This document shows positions 16,908 to 25,011 of a DNA stretch of 32,152 nt, piece after piece. The notes beneath the pieces were generated by a model. It worked only from the letters and a program-made list of their open reading frames with translations, had not been told where the DNA came from and made no database searches. Origin of the DNA: Candidatus Sabulitectum sp. (GTDB lineage: Bacteria; Fermentibacterota; Fermentibacteria; Fermentibacterales; JCC-6); contig JAOZLN010000002.1 of assembly GCA_029934845.1 (NCBI GenBank), forward strand, positions 1 through 32,152. The letters are read 5' to 3'. Numbering within the stretch: the stretch's first letter is position 1; the number at the start of each line of letters is the position of its first letter. A program made the position numbers and the translations under genes.

Positions 16908-18865
16908 CAACTATTGTATTGATGCTTTTTCTGACCTCATCTGTTTATGGAGATGTTCTTAACCCGGGCGCCAGAGCCATGGGAATGGCAGGAGCATTTA
17001 TCGCTCTTGCGGATGATGCATGGGCTGCCTGGTGGAACCCTGCAGGTCTTCTAAGATCCGGGCGGATGATGGTGGGAACAGAGTATACCAGCTTTTATCC
17101 CAACATGGACTTGAATTCCATTAACTACGGGGCACTGGGATATGTTCAACCGGTTACCAAATTTTCAGCTTTTGGTCTGGGAATGGATATTCTTGACGCT
17201 TCGGATCAATGTACTCAGGGAGAGGGGCTTCTTTCACTGGCATTCAGGCCTGGAATATTTCCTGTTTCTTTCGGCTTCACAGGTCGTTACCTGTTCAGAG
17301 ATTATGTTGATAACGAGTTTACCTCATACGACCCTCTTTTTGCATCCAATGGTCTTCGGGCGAAAGCCATTTCTGCGGATTTCGGCTTCCAGGCAGAGCT
17401 TGGAAGAAGGGTTACTCTTGCGGGAGTTGCCAGAAACCTGATCGCGCCTGACATGGGTATTGGTGAAGAGGATGTTCTTCCAATAGAAATTTCTCTTGGA
17501 GCGGCATTTTATCCCAGATTCATAACACCAGTTGTACAGGTCGAATGGTCCATGGATGATGTTGACGGGAAAACAGATATAGACATGGCATTCGGGCTGG
17601 AGAAGTGGTTTGGCTCTTCTTCAACACTGGGGTTCAGGGCTGGCTATCGTTCCAGAACTCTTGGAAGAACTTCAGAGTTCTCCGCAGGATTCTCCGCAAG
17701 GTATGAGGGAGCTATTCCAGTTTCATTCGACTATGCTTTTGCCCTTCCAATGAACGATCTTCAATCGACATGGGGCAGACACCGCGGGGGTATTACTTTC
17801 AGATTCGGCGGTACAGAATGGCTCGAGAATGAGCCCAGGGTTCCATTGCCTCCACTTGTTGACAGAAGGATATGGGATACAGGAACAGATCTTACAGAGA
17901 TCAGTTTATGGGCAAACAGAGATGTTCAGAATGACTCACTTGTGGTTGCACAGTATGATCAGGTACCACTGAACAGCACGCTTAAACTTGACGACAAACA
18001 GGTTTTGTATGCCTATTTCCCGTCAAGGGCCTCATTTACCCAGGAGGACGTCAGAGATCTTTCCGTGGGATTCCGAGTGCCAAGGTACTGGCTGGAGCAG
18101 AATAATCTTGAGTTAAGGCTTCTTAGGCTTTTCCGGGTTGCAGAGGATAATTCTCTTGTTAGAATGCCTGCTGCAATTGTTAATGAGGACGAGGGCTACT
18201 ATTACTTTGAAGCTTCGCTTGACCGTATCGGCGACTTCCTGATATCTGCAAGACATGCTGAACTGGTTCTGGTGGAACCGGAAACAGTTTATGGTGCTGT
18301 TGACAGTGTTGACATAATTGAAGCAAGCCTTAGCTTCAGAGTAAGCAAATTGTGGATGGATAGAAATAGAATAGATCCAGGAACACTGGGGCTTACAAGG
18401 GTCAGGGGTGGTATTCCTCTTGATGTTAATTGTCGGCAGATGAATGAGGACTTGAACTATCTTTACTACGAAACTGATCCGATCAACCTTTTCCAGTTCA
18501 TGATCGTTGCCCGGGAGCGGGAAGGTTTGTCAATGTCAACCATCTACTTTGATAATGCTGTTGGAGACATACGTGAAGATCAATATCCGGATCTGGATAG
18601 AGTGATTCAAACCCTGAAGAATAATCCTGGCGTTTTTGTCTCTGTGGAGGGCCATGCAGACAGTGACGGCAGTTTTGGCTTTAACGATGGTCTTTCCACT
18701 GAACGCGCGCTGAATGTTGCTGCATATCTTGGGGATCAACTCAGCGATTACGACATTGAAATAGAGCCCATCTGGTTTGGAGAGAGACGACCGGCAGCTG
18801 CCAATGACGATGATGCCGGAAGGTCTCTTAACAGGCGTGTGGAAATCGTTATACTAAGAAGGTAA
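16892..18865 (+). CDS. Outer-membrane protein: PorV/PorQ/FadL-like beta-barrel, two internal repeat modules, and a C-terminal OmpA-family peptidoglycan-binding domain
   Basis: Signal peptide MRSKITTIVLMLFLTSSVYG. The N-terminal barrel signature is NPGARAMGMAGAFIALADDAWAAWWNPAGL (16961-17050). The region has alternating beta-strand character and ends ...GGITFRF. The OmpA_C part runs about 18536-18862: TIYFDNAVGDI...VSVEGHADSDGS...LSTERA...NRRVEIVI. The start overlaps the protease stop by 16 nt. Confidence 0.75.
   Translation: MRSKITTIVLMLFLTSSVYGDVLNPGARAMGMAGAFIALADDAWAAWWNPAGLLRSGRMMVGTEYTSFYPNMDLNSINYGALGYVQPVTKFSAFGLGMDILDASDQCTQGEGLLSLAFRPGIFPVSFGFTGRYLFRDYVDNEFTSYDPLFASNGLRAKAISADFGFQAELGRRVTLAGVARNLIAPDMGIGEEDVLPIEISLGAAFYPRFITPVVQVEWSMDDVDGKTDIDMAFGLEKWFGSSSTLGFRAGYRSRTLGRTSEFSAGFSARYEGAIPVSFDYAFALPMNDLQSTWGRHRGGITFRFGGTEWLENEPRVPLPPLVDRRIWDTGTDLTEISLWANRDVQNDSLVVAQYDQVPLNSTLKLDDKQVLYAYFPSRASFTQEDVRDLSVGFRVPRYWLEQNNLELRLLRLFRVAEDNSLVRMPAAIVNEDEGYYYFEASLDRIGDFLISARHAELVLVEPETVYGAVDSVDIIEASLSFRVSKLWMDRNRIDPGTLGLTRVRGGIPLDVNCRQMNEDLNYLYYETDPINLFQFMIVAREREGLSMSTIYFDNAVGDIREDQYPDLDRVIQTLKNNPGVFVSVEGHADSDGSFGFNDGLSTERALNVAAYLGDQLSDYDIEIEPIWFGERRPAAANDDDAGRSLNRRVEIVILRR
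18062..18514 (+). repeat. Protein-level tandem duplication (two ~64-aa cores plus spacer) inside the barrel-OmpA linker
   Basis: Core 1 (18062-18253) is SVGFRVPRYWLEQNNLELRLLRLFRV...NEDEGYYYFEASLDRIGDFLISAR. Core 2 (18326-18514) is SLSFRVSKLWMDRNRIDPGTLGLTRV...NEDLNYLYYETDPINLFQFMIVAR. A hand alignment gives about 30% identity with one gap. Confidence 0.6.
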
Positions 18866-18891
18866 TTAAATCTTTCGGAGGGGGATAGTAT

Positions 18892-19251
18892 ATGAACGCA
18901 ACATCAATTGTGCTTCTTGTGGGTGTGTGCAGTTTCTGGCTTGTTGTCGGAATGGTGTTTACACTCATGGGAAGAACAAAAAAAGTTCTACAGAATATGG
19001 ACAGAACTCTTGAAGAGATCAGAAGCGATCTGTCACAAATTACACCTGTTCTTGCTGATACACTCCAGGAAATGGAGAAGACCGGTCAGGAGCTCGGACA
19101 GACAGCATCCGAGATCAGGGTCTTCACCAGAAAGGTCAATTCCGGAAGTGCCGCTTCCATTGCAGGCAGTACGGTAAGTTATCTGCCCGTGGCTTTAACT
19201 GTACTGAAAGCTGTAAAACCATTTTTTCAAAAGATGAGAAGCAGGAAATAA
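18892..19251 (+). CDS. Small single-pass membrane protein, DUF948-like (N-terminal TM helix plus coiled coil)
   Basis: TM helix IVLLVGVCSFWLVVGMVFTLM, then a heptad-like region KKVLQNMDRTLEEIRSDLSQITPVLADTLQEMEKTGQELGQ. GGAGGGGG lies upstream of the ATG. The family call is tentative. Confidence 0.45.
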   Translation: MNATSIVLLVGVCSFWLVVGMVFTLMGRTKKVLQNMDRTLEEIRSDLSQITPVLADTLQEMEKTGQELGQTASEIRVFTRKVNSGSAASIAGSTVSYLPVALTVLKAVKPFFQKMRSRK

Positions 19252-20219
19252 TGGCAAAAAGTTCATTTCTTTTCCTTTTGCTTCTTTTCTCGTTTCTCTC
19301 AGTTTCCTGCAAACAGGATCCTCTTGGCCCTATCAATGGAGTGCTGGTTGTCTACAGTACTTCTCTTACAGAGTTTATTGATGATGGCGGTCTTCAGGAG
19401 CTTCATCTGATCGTAGAGACTGTAGACCCCGAGGAAGTCTTCAGTTTTTCCTTTGCAGAGACATCAGAGTTTCAGGGTAGTCTTAAAGCCAGAAGAGTTA
19501 TTCTTCTTCTTCTGGATCCGTCGGAAACAGATCTTATACCTTCTTCCCTTGTGGAAGGTGAAACAGGTATCTACAGTGGTGATGATGTGTGGGCAATCGA
19601 TCAACAGGTTTTCGCAGTGGTTGTTGACCCCGTTTTACAGGAGCTTCCATCAGGAATTCCGGAAATGCTTGAGAGGGCATACGATAACCAGATGCATGAC
19701 TATGTTTACAAGAGTTTTGTCAGCACAAGTATGACTTCACCAGAAAGAATGGACAGCCTTGCCGCTCTTGGGTTCGGGTTGAACGTACCCAAGTCTTTCA
19801 TTGTTCGCATATGGACTCCGGAAGACGGATTTGTCCAGTATCAGAGGCAGCCTGACGAAGAGTCACTTATACTTTTCAGTATAAGAATGCTGACCACAGA
19901 GGCTCTTCTTACTGATTCAAACGCTGTTCTTGCAAGAGAGGCCATGGCCAGACTTTTCTTCTACGATGCGTCCGCCGATTCCGTAGATAGAGCCAGATTA
20001 TCCGTAGAGCCGATTATTCAGAATGGTCTGACCGGGTTCGAGCTTACAGGAGTGTGGCGTAATCCGGATTACTTGAATGCAGGTTCTTTTACAAGCAGGG
20101 TTCTTGATGGAGGCGATGTATGGTATATTCTGGACATGGAGGTTTATAATCCAGGCTACAGGAAGGAACCTTACCTGCGCGAGGGCTGGATCATCATGGA
20201 TACATTCTGTAAGGAGTAG
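19251..20219 (+). CDS. Hypothetical lipoprotein (no family recognised)
   Basis: MAKSSFLFLLLLFSFLSVSCKQDP has a signal peptide with a Cys at the cleavage-type position. The ATG overlaps the upstream stop in TAATG. The ORF is 322 aa with ordinary composition. Confidence 0.6.
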   Translation: MAKSSFLFLLLLFSFLSVSCKQDPLGPINGVLVVYSTSLTEFIDDGGLQELHLIVETVDPEEVFSFSFAETSEFQGSLKARRVILLLLDPSETDLIPSSLVEGETGIYSGDDVWAIDQQVFAVVVDPVLQELPSGIPEMLERAYDNQMHDYVYKSFVSTSMTSPERMDSLAALGFGLNVPKSFIVRIWTPEDGFVQYQRQPDEESLILFSIRMLTTEALLTDSNAVLAREAMARLFFYDASADSVDRARLSVEPIIQNGLTGFELTGVWRNPDYLNAGSFTSRVLDGGDVWYILDMEVYNPGYRKEPYLREGWIIMDTFCKE

Positions 20220-20222
20220 AAA

Positions 20223-20876
20223 GTGCCGCATATTGAAAAGGACATTCAGAATCTATATCAGAGCTGGCTTTCCGTACCTACACCTGCATTGTGTGTCAGA
20301 TTGGCCGGGAAACTTCGTCATTCAGGAAGAAATATCGAGGCTCTTGAAGTGGCAAGGAAGGGGCTGGCACGGTGGCAGGAAAACATTTCTGTCAATGTTA
20401 TTTTTGGAAGATGCGCTCTTGAAGAAAAAATGAATGATGAGGCTCTTGAGGTGTTTGAAAGGGTAATTGCCATCGACCCTCTCAACCTGATCGCCATACG
20501 CAGTCTTGCAGAGATACATTATCAGAATAGTAACTGGAACCGCTCTATCGAGTTGTTCGAGGAATATCTGTTCGAATATCCCGGTGACCCCGAAATTGAG
20601 GAAATTCTTAAAAGTGCCAGAGAAAAGAAGAAAGAAGCTGCACGGGAGGCTAGAATTACAGGGCAGGATGTTGCTTACCCTGAAACTGGAAGAATGGCTT
20701 CTATTCTTGCTGCTCAAAAGAGTTCAAGTGAAAGCTCTGAAAACCACAACCCACAAAGCAACTCACCGGAGTCAAAATTCGAAGCTGAAAACCAGACAAG
20801 AGCTCCCAGAAGTTTGTTCAACCTTTTTTCTACGGAAGAATGTGAAGAGCTGGGGTTATCGGCATACGAAAAATGA
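20223..20876 (+). CDS. TPR-repeat protein with a low-complexity acidic/Ser-rich tail
   Basis: TPR-like helices: EALEVARKGLARWQENI, EALEVFERVIAIDPLNLIAIRSLAEIHYQNSNWNRSIELFEEYLFEYPGDPEI. GTG start 3 nt after the upstream stop. Confidence 0.65.
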   Translation: MPHIEKDIQNLYQSWLSVPTPALCVRLAGKLRHSGRNIEALEVARKGLARWQENISVNVIFGRCALEEKMNDEALEVFERVIAIDPLNLIAIRSLAEIHYQNSNWNRSIELFEEYLFEYPGDPEIEEILKSAREKKKEAAREARITGQDVAYPETGRMASILAAQKSSSESSENHNPQSNSPESKFEAENQTRAPRSLFNLFSTEECEELGLSAYEK

Positions 20877-21310
20877 GCAATATAGCTGTTATTAACGGAC
20901 CGAACCTGGCATCTCTCGGGGTTAGAGAGCCCATGATCTATGGAGATACAACAGCCCTGGAGCTTGGGGTTGAGCTGGCTGCCTGGGGCAGGAACGCCGG
21001 GTTCAGTATATTATTTCAGCAGTTCGATCAGGAAGGTCAGCTGGTTACTGCAATTCAGAAGGCTTCTGAAAGCTGTCAGGCTTTAATCATTAATCCAGGT
21101 GGTTTTTCACACACATCTGTTGCGATACTGGACTCTATGCGTGCCTTTAAAGGGCCGGTGGTAGAGGTTCACATCTCTCAGATACACAGAAGAGAACCAT
21201 ACAGACACAGAATGCTCACTGCAGGAGGTGCTGAAGTACTCATCGCCGGTGCAGGTATTCACGGATATTTATCGGCAATAGAAACGGTAAAAGAACTGCT
21301 TCGGAGGTAA
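20873..21310 (+). CDS. aroQ: Type II 3-dehydroquinate dehydratase
   Basis: IAVINGPNLASLGVREPMIYG, IINPGGFSHTSVA and VEVHISQIHRREPYRH. The start overlaps the upstream stop in ATGA. Confidence 0.93.
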   Translation: MSNIAVINGPNLASLGVREPMIYGDTTALELGVELAAWGRNAGFSILFQQFDQEGQLVTAIQKASESCQALIINPGGFSHTSVAILDSMRAFKGPVVEVHISQIHRREPYRHRMLTAGGAEVLIAGAGIHGYLSAIETVKELLRR

Positions 21311-21317
21311 GCAATTA

Positions 21318-21878
21318 ATGGCGACATCCAATGATTTTAGAAGAGGTATGGTTTTAGATATCTCAGGCAAGTACTATCAGATCAACGAGTTTCAGCATGT
21401 TAACCCTGGGAAAGGGGCTGCTTTCGTAAGGTCGAAGATGAAGGACGTAGTTAGCGGCAAGGTTATCGAGAAAACATGGCGTGCCGGAGAACGGGTGACA
21501 GAGATCAGACTGGAAAGACGAATTTATCAGCTTCTTTACCACACAGACGAATCGTATACTGTGATGGACCCCGATACCTATGAGCAGATTGATCTTTCTG
21601 CAGATCTGATAGGGGATGCTGCGAACTATCTTACAGATAATTGCCAGGTTGATGTACTTTCTGTGGAGGAAAGGCCAATAATGGTGGAAGCACCTAATTT
21701 TGTCGAGCTTCTTATTACAAAATCCGATCCCGGCTTGAAGGGTGATACTGCAACCGGGGGAACAAAACCTGCAACTCTTGAGACCGGTGTAGTGGTTCAG
21801 GTTCCTCTTTTTGTAAAAGAAGGCGAAAAGATCAGAGTGGATACAAGAACGGGTCAGTATATGGAGCGAGTGAAGTAA
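21318..21878 (+). CDS. efp: Translation elongation factor P
   Basis: SNDFRRGMVLDISGKYYQINEFQHVNPGKGAAFVRSKMKD and KPATLETGVVVQVPLFVKEGEKIRVDTRTGQYMERV. Confidence 0.95.
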   Translation: MATSNDFRRGMVLDISGKYYQINEFQHVNPGKGAAFVRSKMKDVVSGKVIEKTWRAGERVTEIRLERRIYQLLYHTDESYTVMDPDTYEQIDLSADLIGDAANYLTDNCQVDVLSVEERPIMVEAPNFVELLITKSDPGLKGDTATGGTKPATLETGVVVQVPLFVKEGEKIRVDTRTGQYMERVK

Positions 21879-21897
21879 TACTCTTACAAGTTCACAG

Positions 21898-23235
21898 TTA
21901 CAGATTGTAATACAAAGATTCAATGTATCTGTCCTGCCAGGCTCTGGCTCTCCAGATCTGTCCACGGGGAAACTCCAGAAATACAGCCAGAGCCACCCTT
22001 CTTCCGCTTCGGGAAGTAAGGATTCCTGCTATTGTACAGGTGTCATTAAGAGAACCTGTTTTTCCTCTGAAGGTTCCAGGTGGAAGATCTCGCATTCTAT
22101 TTGCGAGAGTTCCATCAACACCATTTACCGGAAAAGAAGCAAGAAATTCTACCCCAAATTCCAGAGAAGAAGCCCCTGAAGAAAACACGTATACAAGTTG
22201 TTCCGGCGTAAGCAGGTTTAATCTGGATAGACCTGAGCCGTCTGCAAGCTGCCAGCCGGTGGTGCCAGGTACCAGGCTGTCCAGAAGAGCTCCAGATATA
22301 TCGCATCCGGCCCTTGTAGAGCCCGGTTCCCCTGTAGCATCAGCAGCTACGGTTCTTAATACTTGTTCCGCAACGATGTTTCTGCTCCACTTGTTCATTG
22401 AACCAAGTATCATCCAGAGCGGATCAGAGTACATAACAGCAGAAGTCAACAGTGAAGTATCCACTTCTCGTATTCCCGCATAAACTGCATTGATACCCCA
22501 GTTGTTAAGCTCATCCTGCAAAACCATTACCAGCTCACCGGGGGCTCCAGCAAAGGGTTTGTAAAGAATTTCTCTTGTGCCTCTCATTATGGTTCCCGAT
22601 AATCTCATCTCAGGTTCTCCGGTTTCCCAGTTACCTCCTGTGACGGTAAGCTCTGTGCGTTGACCGGAAGAAAGGTTATCGCTTACGATCTGTAATCCGG
22701 GCAATGGAGGGTAGGTCATAAGTCTTACAGCTCCATTTATAGATGCAACAACAAGTTCAAGAATATTGTCTCCAATGCAAAGAGGCTCCACAGGAGGGCA
22801 ATAGGTTCTATTCCAGTCGGCTGAATCCCATCCGGGCAGATGTTCTTCACCTGTGATGGCTGAGGGATCCAGAAACAGATTCCAGTTTTCTCTGTATGGC
22901 AGAATTGCAACTGTTTCCATTGCAGCTCTGGTAACATCTTCAATAGACAGCAGTGGAGCTCCAGAGCCAACCAGGAAAATATTGTTGTTAAGGGTATCAA
23001 CCTGGATTGTGGTGTGATAGACATGTGCCGCACCCAGTGTGTTAAGAGCTGAAAGTGTGGTAACTGCCTTGACGGTACTCGCGGGTCTGAAGGGAACATC
23101 TGCATTAATATTTAAGAGGACTTCTCCAGAGCCGAGATCAAGAACTGAGATTCCCGTATCCCAGGATGACGGAATCACCGGCGTGGGCTGCTGAGAAACA
23201 AGAATAGATAAGACTATGTGTGTAAAAAAGGCCAT
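21898..23235 (-). CDS. dacB: D-alanyl-D-alanine carboxypeptidase/endopeptidase, PBP4 family (peptidase S13)
   Basis: The SxxK motif is in PASTVKAVT and the KTG motif is in FRGKTGSLND. DGSGLSR is also present, and the length is typical for PBP4. I prefer the ATG at 23235 (MAFFTHIVLSILV, a signal peptide) because AGGAGGGG sits directly upstream of it on the minus strand. The ORF track extends to 23274. Confidence 0.85.
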   Translation of the reverse strand: MAFFTHIVLSILVSQQPTPVIPSSWDTGISVLDLGSGEVLLNINADVPFRPASTVKAVTTLSALNTLGAAHVYHTTIQVDTLNNNIFLVGSGAPLLSIEDVTRAAMETVAILPYRENWNLFLDPSAITGEEHLPGWDSADWNRTYCPPVEPLCIGDNILELVVASINGAVRLMTYPPLPGLQIVSDNLSSGQRTELTVTGGNWETGEPEMRLSGTIMRGTREILYKPFAGAPGELVMVLQDELNNWGINAVYAGIREVDTSLLTSAVMYSDPLWMILGSMNKWSRNIVAEQVLRTVAADATGEPGSTRAGCDISGALLDSLVPGTTGWQLADGSGLSRLNLLTPEQLVYVFSSGASSLEFGVEFLASFPVNGVDGTLANRMRDLPPGTFRGKTGSLNDTCTIAGILTSRSGRRVALAVFLEFPRGQIWRARAWQDRYIESLYYNL

Positions 23236-23331
23236 TTCCCCTCCTGTTGACATTCCGCCCCGAAAGGGTAACAATAATGATATCTGTTGTGGTTGTAAAA
23301 CAAGAAATTATTAATAGAAAGTTGAGTCATT

Positions 23332-25011
23332 GTGAGGAAAATAGCTATACTTATTTTTGCGGGGTTTGTGCTTTTGTTTTCTTCCTGTGGTCAGGTGTCT
23401 GCAGACGGAGCTGATGGTGCTGTGATCTCAGTTGGTGAAAGATCCATTTTCCCGGAGAATGTGAGCGGATCGTTCGAGAGGTATCGTGGCGATACTCTTT
23501 CTGTAGATATTTTCAAAGAGAACATAATCGCCAGAGAACTGTTCATTGCCCATGCACTGGATCTCGGGCTTGACAACGATCGTAAAGTCATAAGGATAGT
23601 TCACGAAAGAGAACGAGAGATACTTCAGGCACAGTGGCTTTCCCATAGTCTTGATCAGACTGAACTTGATCCGCAGGAAGCGCTTCATTTCTGGGAAACC
23701 ATGGGGACCGGTATTTCCTATACCTGTTTTTATCATCAGGACAGCCTTCTTATGGACAGTGTTCTGACCATGGTTGAAGATGGAGAGAGCCTTTCGGATC
23801 TTGCGGCTGAGATCGGCATTGATGCCATGCTCAGACAGACAAGAGGTCAGATCTCTATTGTTGATGTGAATTATTCAAATACGATGGATCACGAATACCT
23901 GATAAACGCCAGGGCTGGAGATATTATTGCCCCGTTCCCTGTAACCATGGGATGGAGAATGCTGCAGATCGATTCCACCTGGACTTACACTCCGGCTTCG
24001 TTTGAGAGTGATTCTCAGCGCATATCCTCTATGCTGCTGGCACGAACAAGAGAATCAAGAAAGATATTTCTTGAAGACAGTCTAAAGACTGTTTACAATG
24101 TTCAGGTTAACCTGGATGTGGTTAATCTTATGGCAGAGAATGCAGATGCTGATCATCGGTCATTCGGTGTATTTCAACCGGAGGAAGAGGAACTTTCAGC
24201 TGTGACCTGGGATGGTGGATCAAGAACTCTATTCTCTGTGACCGAGAACATAATGGGTCTTCCAGGGCATCTTCCCCGGCAGACAGATGATATTCAATGG
24301 CTTGAAGATTATGCGAAGAGGCTGGCTCTTTTTGATATAGAGATGGAGGAAGCGATCAAGTTGGGGCTTGACACCATTCCTGATGTGGAGCGCAGGCTGG
24401 ACGCCAAACACTGGGAAGCAGTTCTTGATAAGTACTATGAGGTTGTGATCTCGGCAAGAATTGCATCCGATTCAGTGGCTATTAACGAAGTCTATATGGA
24501 CATCCGAGAGGACCATCCAATAGAAGAAAGTCGTGTTTTCCATGTATTGTTCCTGGCGAATACAGAGCGGATTGAAGCAGCAGAGGCAATGATGGCGTCA
24601 GGGGACGATATTCTTGCGGCCATGGATCAGTTCGAGATATTCCCACCCATTCTTGCGGAGGATCAGGAGACAATAACAATACCTCTTACCGCAGCCATGA
24701 TTCCCGAGGATGACAGGGAAGCGCTTTTCAACCTGACTTCAGGTGAAGAGGCAATTGTTGTTCTTACTGATTCTACTGCAATTTGGCTTCGCCTTGATTC
24801 AATCAATGAAGAACGAATTCCTGCCCTGGAAGAAATAAGGGAAAGAGTCGTTTCTGAAACTGAGCAGCGTCTTGAGACGCAGGCAATAGAAGCACTTGTA
24901 GATAGTTTGTCAGGGGTGTATCATCTGTATGTTGATCAGGAGTATTTTGAGGGGTTTTACATTCCAGCTGAAGCGGATTCAATCGGCTCGATAACCACGG
25001 AGGTTATTTAA
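23332..25011 (+). CDS. SurA/PpiD-like periplasmic chaperone lipoprotein with two degenerate parvulin-like domains
   Basis: MRKIAILIFAGFVLLFSSCGQ has a signal peptide plus Cys. There are two parvulin-shaped segments: ...DLAAEIGIDAMLRQTRGQISIVD...GDIIAPFPVTMGWRMLQIDS, and RVFHVLFLANTERIEAAEAMMASGDDI...LTSGEEAIVVLTDSTAIWLRLDS. GTG start. Confidence 0.5.
   Translation: MRKIAILIFAGFVLLFSSCGQVSADGADGAVISVGERSIFPENVSGSFERYRGDTLSVDIFKENIIARELFIAHALDLGLDNDRKVIRIVHEREREILQAQWLSHSLDQTELDPQEALHFWETMGTGISYTCFYHQDSLLMDSVLTMVEDGESLSDLAAEIGIDAMLRQTRGQISIVDVNYSNTMDHEYLINARAGDIIAPFPVTMGWRMLQIDSTWTYTPASFESDSQRISSMLLARTRESRKIFLEDSLKTVYNVQVNLDVVNLMAENADADHRSFGVFQPEEEELSAVTWDGGSRTLFSVTENIMGLPGHLPRQTDDIQWLEDYAKRLALFDIEMEEAIKLGLDTIPDVERRLDAKHWEAVLDKYYEVVISARIASDSVAINEVYMDIREDHPIEESRVFHVLFLANTERIEAAEAMMASGDDILAAMDQFEIFPPILAEDQETITIPLTAAMIPEDDREALFNLTSGEEAIVVLTDSTAIWLRLDSINEERIPALEEIRERVVSETEQRLETQAIEALVDSLSGVYHLYVDQEYFEGFYIPAEADSIGSITTEVI

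Noticed and set aside
21879-21897. Possible bidirectional terminator between the convergent efp and dacB genes
   Set aside because: I can find only a 6-bp AT-rich stem (TTACAA/TTGTAA) with a ~15-nt loop that reaches into dacB. It is too weak to call an intrinsic terminator.
21363-21965. 200-aa minus-strand ORF running antisense through efp and into the dacB 3' end
   Set aside because: Both efp and dacB are confidently called in other frames. The ORF's Cys/His-rich look is what antisense translation of efp produces, and it has no start context.
23236-23274. 13-codon N-terminal extension of dacB (MLPFRGGMSTGGE) from the ORF track
   Set aside because: The extension's codons for GGE spell out the AGGAGGGG ribosome-binding site for the ATG at 23235, where a normal signal peptide begins.
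23247-23276. Perfect TTGACA hexamer in the dacB/surA-like divergent region as a sigma-70 -35 box
   Set aside because: No acceptable -10 lies at 16-18 nt; the best candidates are TAACAA and ACAATA. The resident sigma factor also looks Bacteroidetes-type, so I left it uncalled.
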